From positions 248,001-312,000 of the forward strand of contig CAYXJN010000005.1 of the NCBI GenBank assembly GCA_964464605.1: a stretch of 64,000 nucleotides of DNA, in the 5' to 3' direction. The notes under the pieces were generated by a model. The model was not told where the DNA came from and did no database searches. It was given only the letters and a program-made list of their open reading frames with translations. Of this stretch, positions 31,453 to 39,447 are shown one piece after another. The position numbers and the translations under genes are program-made. Each line of letters begins with the position of its first letter. The first letter of the stretch is position 1. Source of the stretch: an uncultured Ignavibacteriales bacterium. Lineage in GTDB: Bacteria > Zixibacteria > MSB-5A5 > GN15 > FEB-12.

Positions 31453-31974
31453 TTAGTATCCCCAGCCTAAGAGATGTCTTTCGCCGTATATACCTAACGT
31501 GATACCAAATGCTTTCTTATCATCAGGCCAGAAGCTTGAATTTCGAACATGTCCTTCCCAATCTTCGTGTTCTGTTTTAAATGTACCATACTGTTTTTTA
31601 TAAAATTGCTGAAGCGAGTTGTAGATGTTCCATCCCGCTGTACTATCCATGTTATCTAACCAAAAATAATAAGTATGTAAAGTATCGCGAATGATGTTGA
31701 ACTGTATTTTGGCTGTTCTGCCAAACAATGTGGTATGCCAATACGCTTCGAATTGTTCATGTTTTGTCATTGTCTCACTAATAGCCACTTGCTTAGTTAT
31801 CTCAGGTACTAACAATTGCAGTTTTTGATACGTTATTCCATGAGGAATTTTTTCGAATATTAATAGCTTTTCTTCGTCTGATTCTAATTTAAGAGCTTGA
31901 GTTAGACTTTCCTTGGCATCGCAGCCCACGAGACACGCGAAAAGAACCGATAACACAATCTTTTGTATTTTCAT
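31453..31974 (-). CDS. Hypothetical lipoprotein (AT-rich)
   Basis: MKIQKIVLSVLFACLVGC lipobox; ATG at 31974. Confidence 0.65.
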   Translation of the reverse strand: MKIQKIVLSVLFACLVGCDAKESLTQALKLESDEEKLLIFEKIPHGITYQKLQLLVPEITKQVAISETMTKHEQFEAYWHTTLFGRTAKIQFNIIRDTLHTYYFWLDNMDSTAGWNIYNSLQQFYKKQYGTFKTEHEDWEGHVRNSSFWPDDKKAFGITLGIYGERHLLGWGY

Positions 31975-32093
31975 GATTACCCCTTTGTTTCGTATTCCCA
32001 ATATATCTTAATATATAAAATCCGTCAATTCTTCTTATTCACCGACAACTCCCAATTTGCCCTATTCCCCGAAATTGAATATCATTAGCACCT

Positions 32094-32507
32094 ATGCGCC
32101 TGTCATTTCCCAAACGGATGGCTTCGTTGCCCGACCTCCTTGATTCAGTAACCGGTTTTCTTGAAGAACATAATGCCGATGAAGAAGCGACGTTTGCCAT
32201 TTCTCTGGGTGTCGATGAAATGTTCAGCAATTTCGTGCGGCATCAGTCAGTCGGAAAGCAGGATGTCGACATCGAATTGCGCGTTGAAAACGGCAGTGTC
32301 AAAGCGATTATGCAGGATCATGACGTCGAGGAGTATGATTTCACCAAGCAGGAACCGGCCGATATGGATGCCCTCGCCGCCGTCGCCAGCCCCGGCGGGA
32401 GGGGATTGTATTTAACCATGCAGCTCATGGATAATGTCGAGTATGCCTATGCCAATCGAACCTGCACAGTAACCCTTACCAAACGAATACGGAGTACCAG
32501 TGTTTGA
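32094..32507 (+). CDS. RsbW-like anti-sigma factor/serine kinase (HATPase_c)
   Basis: EMFSNFVRH N-box, D.D G1 region and GGRGLYL..LMD G2 box. Confidence 0.85.
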   Translation: MRLSFPKRMASLPDLLDSVTGFLEEHNADEEATFAISLGVDEMFSNFVRHQSVGKQDVDIELRVENGSVKAIMQDHDVEEYDFTKQEPADMDALAAVASPGGRGLYLTMQLMDNVEYAYANRTCTVTLTKRIRSTSV

Positions 32508-32784
32508 TATCAAACAATTAGACAATACGACCGTCGCGTTGTCCGGACGGTTCGATGCTTCTCAGGTAGATACCGCTGTCGCCTTTTTAAGCAAACTCAC
32601 CGAATCGACCACGCTCGATTTAAGCGCCCTCGATTATGTGTCGAGCGCCGGGTTGGGGGTGTTTATCACAGTGCACCATCAACTGCATAAAAAGGGGCTG
32701 AAGCTGACCCTCGTGAAGCCGAACAACCATGTCCGGCATGTTATCCATTTGTCCCGGCTGCATTTAGTTTTGCACTTGGAGTAA
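32500..32784 (+). CDS. STAS-domain anti-anti-sigma factor (RsbV-like)
   Basis: LSGRFD and DLSALDYVSSAGLG phospho-Ser motif; overlaps the kinase stop. Confidence 0.88.
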   Translation: MFDIKQLDNTTVALSGRFDASQVDTAVAFLSKLTESTTLDLSALDYVSSAGLGVFITVHHQLHKKGLKLTLVKPNNHVRHVIHLSRLHLVLHLE

Positions 32785-32997
32785 ACTGACCGGGCGTAAA
32801 ATGCCTTGCCGGAATGTTCATTTTTGCTCATGTTAGAAAAGAAAGAGGCGGGACGGTTTACGATGGTATCGGAAAGCTGCCCATCAGAGAGTCGAAAGTC
32901 ACTTTAACGTATTGTTGAACAGAAGATTACGAAACTTTCGGTAGCTTCCCGAATTCCGTTCTCCAAACGAAAATTATCAAAAGAATTTATGATTTCC

Positions 32998-33028
32998 TCA
33001 CCAACCTTTTCCCCTGTCACCGGTATGT
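32998..33028 (+). promoter_or_regulatory. Putative ECF sigma promoter, copy 1
   Basis: TCACCAAC-N14-CCGGTATGT; same motif and spacing as 34349-34379. Confidence 0.6.
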
Positions 33029-33580
33029 ATGCTTGAAAATGAAGATGCCGCGCTGGTAAATCGGTGTCTCGAGGGTGACACCAAGGCCTTCGGCACACTG
33101 GTAGATAAATACCAGAAACCGATTTTCAACGCGGCGCTCAGAATGTGCGGAAATTCCGATGATGCGAAGGATATCGCCCAGTCCACGTTTGTAAAGGCGT
33201 ACGAAAAACTTCGCGGATTCGACAGCAACGGAAAGTTTTTTAGCTGGATCTACCGGATTATGATGAACGAAACGATCGACTTCCTTGCCTACGTCCGTCG
33301 CCACACGACCGGTGTAGATGAGACTATCGAATCGCAGGAAGCGAGTCCGGAAGAGCAATACCAGAAAAAGCAGATGGCCGACAAGCTGGAAGATGAGATG
33401 ATGAATCTTTCAGTCGAATCACGCGCGGTTATCGTGCTTCGTCATTACGCAGACCTGTCGCTGGGGGAGATCAGCTACATACTGGATGTGCCTGAAAAGA
33501 CGGTGAAATCCCGTCTTTTCACGGCACGGGAAAAATTGAAAATCCGGCTGATACGCCGGGGAATGACAGAGAGTATATGA
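33029..33580 (+). CDS. ECF RNA polymerase sigma factor (SigW/RpoE-like)
   Basis: Region 2 (DAKDIAQSTF, FFSWIYRI) and region 4 (EISYILDVPEKTVKSRLFTAR). Confidence 0.95.
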   Translation: MLENEDAALVNRCLEGDTKAFGTLVDKYQKPIFNAALRMCGNSDDAKDIAQSTFVKAYEKLRGFDSNGKFFSWIYRIMMNETIDFLAYVRRHTTGVDETIESQEASPEEQYQKKQMADKLEDEMMNLSVESRAVIVLRHYADLSLGEISYILDVPEKTVKSRLFTAREKLKIRLIRRGMTESI

Positions 33581-34338
33581 TCGACCGGAGAATACAAGAA
33601 CTTGCCCATGGAGAACTGGATAACAGCAATACTCCGTCGGAAAGCCTCGAGTTAAAGCAGATCATCGCGTCAGACCCCAAAGTTGCTGCTTATGTTAAAG
33701 AGTTGCAAGAGCTCGAACGCGCATTCAAACGCACTGCCGCTGTTGAACCGCCGAAAGAGCTTAAAGCGGATATAATGGATCGCATCGCTGCCGTCAAAAC
33801 CGGTGTGCACAGCAAGCCGACCCCGATTTGGACATTGACGCGGGAAAAGCTGACCGTAAAGCAGACCTTTATGTTCGCCTCCGGTTTAGCCGCCGGGATG
33901 GCGCTGTTCTTCATATTCAGTTCCGGGGATATTTCGAATTTACAGGATGGAGCAAATTTGTACGGCACGCTCGCTTCACCGGCTGCCACACAGCAGTTCA
34001 AAACCGTTACCGAGCAGGAGATTCATGTCGGCACTGCCTCAGCCGAGGTGGTTACCCGGTTTGGTAATAACGTTGGACTGGTAGAAGTTTCCGTTGCAGA
34101 AAACGCTGACTTTGAACTGGGTGTCGAATTTGACCCGAATACGATGTCGTTTATCGGGTTCGGCCAAACGACGCCGTCCTCCAATGCGTTTACGTCAACA
34201 GATGGGACTATTCGCGTTGCTCATGCCGGAACCGGTCGGTACACCTTTCTTTTTGACGCCAAAGGAAACGCAGGAAATGTCACGATCCGTATCACCCAAA
34301 ACGGGGTTTCGGCGGTCAATTCTTTCCCTATAAAATAA
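33577..34338 (+). CDS. Single-pass membrane anti-sigma factor
   Basis: ATGA overlap with the sigma gene; N-terminal ASD-like helices (ELAHGELD...VEPP.EL), a TM helix, and a beta-rich periplasmic domain. Confidence 0.82.
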   Translation: MIDRRIQELAHGELDNSNTPSESLELKQIIASDPKVAAYVKELQELERAFKRTAAVEPPKELKADIMDRIAAVKTGVHSKPTPIWTLTREKLTVKQTFMFASGLAAGMALFFIFSSGDISNLQDGANLYGTLASPAATQQFKTVTEQEIHVGTASAEVVTRFGNNVGLVEVSVAENADFELGVEFDPNTMSFIGFGQTTPSSNAFTSTDGTIRVAHAGTGRYTFLFDAKGNAGNVTIRITQNGVSAVNSFPIK

Positions 34339-34348
34339 TTGCGAAACC

Positions 34349-34379
34349 TGACCAACTTTTCGGCCCGAAGCCGGTATGT
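34349..34379 (+). promoter_or_regulatory. Putative ECF sigma promoter, copy 2
   Basis: TGACCAAC-N14-CCGGTATGT upstream of the repeat-protein gene. Confidence 0.7.
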
Positions 34380-34447
34380 TGGCTGAAATAACAGAGAAAT
34401 TAGATAGAGCAGGATATATAACTCGCTAACGCGAACAATAGGAGGAT

Positions 34448-35365
34448 GTGATGCCTACAAATCCAACAAGAACGAGCGGTGGACGGGGAGTCCGTTTAAT
34501 CGCAGGCGCTGCCGGCCTTATCGCCGTTGTTTTGGTCGTTTTCTACGCAACCGGCTGGCCGCCGACCGGTGACAATGCGACCGGTACTATCGGTTCAGCT
34601 ACCAAATATCAGGCTGAACAGATTACCACGGGTGATGTTGATCTTGATAACCCGGAAATCGCCGCTATTTTGCAGAACGATCAGATTCAGGCGATCATGA
34701 AGGATGAAAATTTCCGCAAAGCCGTTCAGGATAAAAATTTCCGTGAAGCGATCATGAGCGTTGATTTCAGAAACGCAATCTTAGCTGAAGATTTTCGCGC
34801 CGCTATCGTGGTTCCGGAAGCGGTTGATGTGCTCGATGCTATCGACCAGCCGTTGTACAACGCGCTCGGTGATGAAGCGCTCCGCGCCGCCGTTGCCAGC
34901 GATGCAGTCGGCGATGCCTTTGCGAATGAAAATTTCCGTATGGCCGTTCAGGATGAAAACTTCCGCAATGCGTTTCCGAAGCTGATCGATGATCACGAAA
35001 AACTGGCCTCGATGAACGAAAACTTCCGCAAAGCGGTTCAGGATAAGAATTTCTTACGAGCCGTTCAGGATAAGAACTTCCGCAAGGCTGTTCAGGATCA
35101 GAATTTCCGTAACGCGATGGCGAATGAAACATTCCGCAAAGCCGTTCAAGACAAGAATTTCCGCAAGGCGGTTCAGGATAAGAACTTCATGCGCGCTCTG
35201 AACAACGATGCATTCCGCAAAGCAGTCCAAGATAAGAATTTCCGCAAGGCAGTTCAGGATAAGAATTTCCGTATGGCCATCACCAGCGAAGCATTCCGCA
35301 AAGCGCTGGCTTCGGATGCTTTCCGCGGCGCATTGAACAGCGAAGCGTTCCGCGCCAGATACTAA
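34448..35365 (+). CDS. Membrane-anchored tandem nonapeptide-repeat protein (unknown function)
   Basis: AGGAGG RBS (ATG at 34451 likely); N-terminal TM; repeats of (Q)DKNFRKAV type. Confidence 0.88.
   Translation: MMPTNPTRTSGGRGVRLIAGAAGLIAVVLVVFYATGWPPTGDNATGTIGSATKYQAEQITTGDVDLDNPEIAAILQNDQIQAIMKDENFRKAVQDKNFREAIMSVDFRNAILAEDFRAAIVVPEAVDVLDAIDQPLYNALGDEALRAAVASDAVGDAFANENFRMAVQDENFRNAFPKLIDDHEKLASMNENFRKAVQDKNFLRAVQDKNFRKAVQDQNFRNAMANETFRKAVQDKNFRKAVQDKNFMRALNNDAFRKAVQDKNFRKAVQDKNFRMAITSEAFRKALASDAFRGALNSEAFRARY
35012..35362 (+). repeat. Coding tandem repeat, 13 x 27 bp (9 aa)
   Basis: From MNENFRKAV to NSEAFRARY, 351 bp in exact register; DNA unit approximately CAGGATAAGAATTTCCGCAAGGCNGTT. 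Confidence 0.92.
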
Positions 35366-35410
35366 GAGTCCAATTTTGATGTGAGGTAGAGCCTCACTGA
35401 TGAGAGCCCA

Positions 35411-35453
35411 CCGGGATGTTACAGGAAAACTGTGGCATCCCGGCCTTTTTTTT
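35411..35453 (+). terminator. Strong intrinsic terminator after repeat-protein gene
   Basis: 14-bp stem CCGGGATGTTACAG/CTGTGGCATCCCGG followed by T8. Confidence 0.88.
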
Positions 35454-35466
35454 GATTTATTTTCCA

Positions 35467-38427
35467 ATGCCCAATCGGTACTCCCGTCATACCCGACTGC
35501 ATCTCTTTCGCACATTCATTTTCCTGAGTGTGCTGCTTTGCGCTGTATCAGCGAATGCCCGGTTTTCCAAGATTGAAACAAAAAATCTCAGGCTTATTTA
35601 TTACGGGGGAGCGCAGGCATATTTGGGATCGCACGTCGCCCGCTGTTTTGAAAATTCACTCGCTTTTCACCGCAAACTATTCGGCTATGACCAGACTGAA
35701 AAGACAACGCTCATTCTGCAGGATTTCGGCGATTACGGCAACGCCGGGGCGGGAGTGCTGCCGTGGAATCATATCTCGTTGGATATCGCTCCCTACAACT
35801 ACGCATTCGAAACCTCTCCGGCCAACGAACGGATGAACTCGACGATGAATCATGAACTGGTTCATATTGTCGCCTCCAATCAAACGGCGGGTTCGGATCG
35901 TTTTTTCCGCACGATCTTTGGCGGCAAGGTGTATGAAGTCGCCGATGACCCTGCGACGATTCTCTATGCCTATCTCACCACTCCGCGCCGTTCGGCGCCG
36001 CGCTGGTATCATGAAGGAATAGCGGTTTTTCTTGAAACCTGGATGGCGGGTGGATTGGGAAGAGCGCTTGGCGCATACGATGAAATGGTGTTTCGAACCA
36101 AAGTATGCGACAGTGCCCCATTTTATGATCGTATCGGTTTGGAATCGGAGGGAGTGGCAGTCGATTTTCAAGCGGGAGTGAATTCCTATTTGTACGGTAC
36201 CCGTTTTATGACCTATCTCGCGCTTATGTATGGTCCGGAAAAACTGATCGATTGGGTGAAACGAACGGATGGTACCGCTGCATTTTACGGCACCCAGTTC
36301 AGCCGGGTGTATGGTCTCTCGATGGATAAAGCATGGACAGACTGGATTGCGTATGAGCATCAGTTTCAGACGGAAAATCTCAAAACGATTCGGCAGTATC
36401 CGGTAACGGAAGCGCGCTTAATTCCCTGCCGTCCGCTTGGATCACTGTCGCGCGCCTATTATGACAGTGCGAACGGGGTTATTTATGCGGCAATGTATTA
36501 TCCCGGAGAACATGCCTATGTCGGCGCGATTAACACGGCGACAGGAAAAATCAAAAAACTCTGCGATGTCAAAGGTCCGGCGATGTTTTATGTCTCATCG
36601 GTTACGTATGATCCGGAAAGCGGTACGCTGTTTTATACAGCTGATAATAATGAGATGCGGGATTTGTGCGCGGTAGATGTAAAATCCGGTAAGCAGAGGA
36701 TGCTGATGAAAGATGAGCGGGTCGGTGATTTGGCTTTCAGTCAAGCGGACAAATCGATCTGGGGGGTGCGGCATTTTAACGGGATATCCACATTGGTGCG
36801 GGTTGCTGAGCCGTATAATAGCTGGAAACAGATTTATTCGTTCCCGTATGGTCTTGATTTGTATGATATCGATGTTGCACCTGATGGTAAAACATTGGTC
36901 GGGTCATTGTCGGAAATCAGCGGACGGCAGTCGCTGGTCAGTATGGATATCGATGCCTTACTTGCCGGCGATACGACCTATACAACTCTGTACGATTTCC
37001 AGAATTCAATTCCCGAAAATTTTACCTATTCGCAGGATGGTAAATATATTTGGGGTTCCTCCTGCTACAGCGGCGTATCGAATATCTTCCGGTACGATTT
37101 CGAAACGAAAGCGATGGGTGCCTTCAGCAATGCCGAAACCGGGCTTTTCCGTCCGATGCCGCTTTCAGCGGATTCGCTGTTAGTGTTTCGCTACAGCGGC
37201 TCTGGGTTTCGCCCGGCGGTCATTCAGTTAAAAGAAATTTTCGATGTTGCGCCGATTACTTATCTCGGTCAAACGACAGTGGAAAAGCATCCGATTTTAA
37301 AAAACTGGATCGCCCCCTCTCCGTCTACTGTCCAACTTGATTCAGCCACTACCGAGCGCGGCGAATTTAATCCGATCACCTCGATTCGCCCCTGTTCAAT
37401 GTACCCGATCGTTCAGGGATACAAAGAGTACACGGCAATAGGGATGTTGATGAATTTCTCCAGTCCAATCGGGCTGCCGAAAGCGGATGTATCGGTCAGT
37501 TATTCACCGGGAAATGAGAAAAACAAAGATGAGCAGTTCCACGCTAAAGCGAGTTACACCTGGTTGAACTGGACATTCGATGCCAACTACAACGCCGCCG
37601 ATTTTTATGATCTCTTCGGTCCGACTAAAACGAGCCGGAAGGGAACATCGGGGGGAGTTACCTATAAGCGGTCACTCATTTATGATGAACCGCACACGAT
37701 GGATTTGGCATTGGGAATACGGGGCTACACCGGACTTGAACGGTTACCGGCGTATCAGAATGTGGTGACATCGTTCGATAAATTTCTTTCGTTTACGGCG
37801 AATCTAAAAAACCAATACCTGAAATCGTCGATTGGCGCAGTGGATCACGAGGATGGCTACCGCTGGCAGTTGACCAGTTCGAATCAATATGTGAACGAAC
37901 ATCTCTTCACCCGTATGTCGGCAGATTTTGATTATGGTATTTCGCTGCCGATTCCACATTCCTCTTTTTGGCTGCGTGCCTCGGCCGGATATTCGCCAAA
38001 CGACAGGGACGAGCCGCTCGCGAATTTCTTTTTTGGCGGGTTTGGCAATAATTGGGTCGATTATCAAACTGAAAAACGGTATCGCCTCAATTACAGTTTC
38101 CCCGGTGTCGGGATTGATGCCTTGGGCGGCAACAATTATGTTCGCGCTATGGCTGAATGGACATTGCCGCCGCTTCGTTTCAAACGTTTGGGTTCACCGA
38201 CCTTTTATTGCACCTGGGTGCGGGCAGCTTTGTTCACGGCCGCGCTGCAAACGAATGTGGATGATGCTGCAACACGCACAACCACGGCCGATGTCGGCGG
38301 GCAGGTTGACTTTCGGATGGCACTGCTTTCGCATTTGAAGATAACCCTGTCGTTCGGATATGCGTACGCGTTCCATGAATTCGATAAACCGACTCATGAA
38401 CGCATGATATCATTGAAGCTTTTGTGA
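35467..38427 (+). CDS. Exported/outer-membrane protein: HExxH zinc peptidase + TolB-like beta-propeller + putative beta-barrel
   Basis: Signal peptide from ATG 35467; NHELVH and PRWYHEGIA gluzincin motifs; propeller repeats (VAPDGK, YSQDGK, GVSNIF); aromatic amphipathic strands at the C-terminus. Confidence 0.78.
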   Translation: MPNRYSRHTRLHLFRTFIFLSVLLCAVSANARFSKIETKNLRLIYYGGAQAYLGSHVARCFENSLAFHRKLFGYDQTEKTTLILQDFGDYGNAGAGVLPWNHISLDIAPYNYAFETSPANERMNSTMNHELVHIVASNQTAGSDRFFRTIFGGKVYEVADDPATILYAYLTTPRRSAPRWYHEGIAVFLETWMAGGLGRALGAYDEMVFRTKVCDSAPFYDRIGLESEGVAVDFQAGVNSYLYGTRFMTYLALMYGPEKLIDWVKRTDGTAAFYGTQFSRVYGLSMDKAWTDWIAYEHQFQTENLKTIRQYPVTEARLIPCRPLGSLSRAYYDSANGVIYAAMYYPGEHAYVGAINTATGKIKKLCDVKGPAMFYVSSVTYDPESGTLFYTADNNEMRDLCAVDVKSGKQRMLMKDERVGDLAFSQADKSIWGVRHFNGISTLVRVAEPYNSWKQIYSFPYGLDLYDIDVAPDGKTLVGSLSEISGRQSLVSMDIDALLAGDTTYTTLYDFQNSIPENFTYSQDGKYIWGSSCYSGVSNIFRYDFETKAMGAFSNAETGLFRPMPLSADSLLVFRYSGSGFRPAVIQLKEIFDVAPITYLGQTTVEKHPILKNWIAPSPSTVQLDSATTERGEFNPITSIRPCSMYPIVQGYKEYTAIGMLMNFSSPIGLPKADVSVSYSPGNEKNKDEQFHAKASYTWLNWTFDANYNAADFYDLFGPTKTSRKGTSGGVTYKRSLIYDEPHTMDLALGIRGYTGLERLPAYQNVVTSFDKFLSFTANLKNQYLKSSIGAVDHEDGYRWQLTSSNQYVNEHLFTRMSADFDYGISLPIPHSSFWLRASAGYSPNDRDEPLANFFFGGFGNNWVDYQTEKRYRLNYSFPGVGIDALGGNNYVRAMAEWTLPPLRFKRLGSPTFYCTWVRAALFTAALQTNVDDAATRTTTADVGGQVDFRMALLSHLKITLSFGYAYAFHEFDKPTHERMISLKLL

Positions 38428-39446
38428 TACTGCTGAAACTTGTTTTGGGGTTAGTGCCGGTTTTTATCTTCCTGGCATCGTTGGTTTATTTGGACAGTTA
38501 CAAACTGGTCACGCTGCGCACGACGATTATGACCATTCTGGTCGGTTGCGTGGTGGCGGGAATCTGTTTAGCGATTAACAGTTCGCTCCTGCCGGTCATG
38601 GCCGGTGATACGAAAACATATTCCCGGTTTATCGCGCCGCTAATCGAGGAAACGCTCAAAGGGGTATATATATTATATCTTGTTTATTCACGACGGGTCG
38701 GATTTATGGTCGATGCCGCTGTAACCGGATTCGCCCTCGGTGCCGGGTTCGCGTTTATTGAAAATATTTATTTCCTCTACAACCTGCCGGATTCGAATCT
38801 TGCCTTGTGGTTTGTGCGTGGGTGCGGCACGGCAGCGATGCACGGCGGTACAACCGCGATGGTCGGTATACTGTCCAAAGTCTATTTCGATCGAAATCCG
38901 TCGAAATATTTTGTCGTCATTTTGTCCGGACTTACTCCGGCTGTCGTACTGCATTCCTTGTTCAATCATTTTATTTTGCCGCCGCTTTGGAGTACGCTTG
39001 CTATCCTGGCGGTTTTTCCGGTTTTGCTTGTGGTGGTGTTCGATCAAAGTGAAAAGGCGACGCGGGAATGGCTCGGTGAAGGGTTGGATGCCGATATGGA
39101 ATTACTTGATCTGATTTTGACCGGCAAGATTTCGGAAACGCGAGTCGGACAATACTTAGAATCCTTGCGCGACAAATTTGAGCCGACAGTGGTAGCCGAT
39201 ATGCTTTGTCTCTTGCGACTGCATGCCGAGCTTGCGTTGCAGGCAAAAGGGATGCTCTTGTCACAGCAGGCTGGATTAACTATCTCCCGTGATCCAGAAT
39301 TAGAAGCAAAGTTATCGGAAATGAATTATTTGGAAAAATCGATCGGCAAAACCGGCAAACTGGCGATTCATCCGTTTTTGAGCGGCGGTACACGGGAAAT
39401 TTTCCAGATCAAACTGCTTTTGAGCCAGCAGGAGAAGAAAGCGTAG
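38424..39446 (+). CDS. prsW: PrsW family intramembrane glutamic protease with C-terminal extension
   Basis: EETLK, GFAFIEN, AMHG and HSLFN motifs; GTGA overlap with the upstream gene. Confidence 0.88.
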   Translation: MILLKLVLGLVPVFIFLASLVYLDSYKLVTLRTTIMTILVGCVVAGICLAINSSLLPVMAGDTKTYSRFIAPLIEETLKGVYILYLVYSRRVGFMVDAAVTGFALGAGFAFIENIYFLYNLPDSNLALWFVRGCGTAAMHGGTTAMVGILSKVYFDRNPSKYFVVILSGLTPAVVLHSLFNHFILPPLWSTLAILAVFPVLLVVVFDQSEKATREWLGEGLDADMELLDLILTGKISETRVGQYLESLRDKFEPTVVADMLCLLRLHAELALQAKGMLLSQQAGLTISRDPELEAKLSEMNYLEKSIGKTGKLAIHPFLSGGTREIFQIKLLLSQQEKKA

Positions 39447-39447
39447 T

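Noticed and set aside
35012..35362. 27-bp repeats as a CRISPR array
   Set aside because: Units are contiguous with no spacers, stay in frame, vary at synonymous sites, and there are no cas genes
35416..35466. ORF-track start of the barrel protein
   Set aside because: It lies inside the terminator hairpin; the signal peptide begins at 35467
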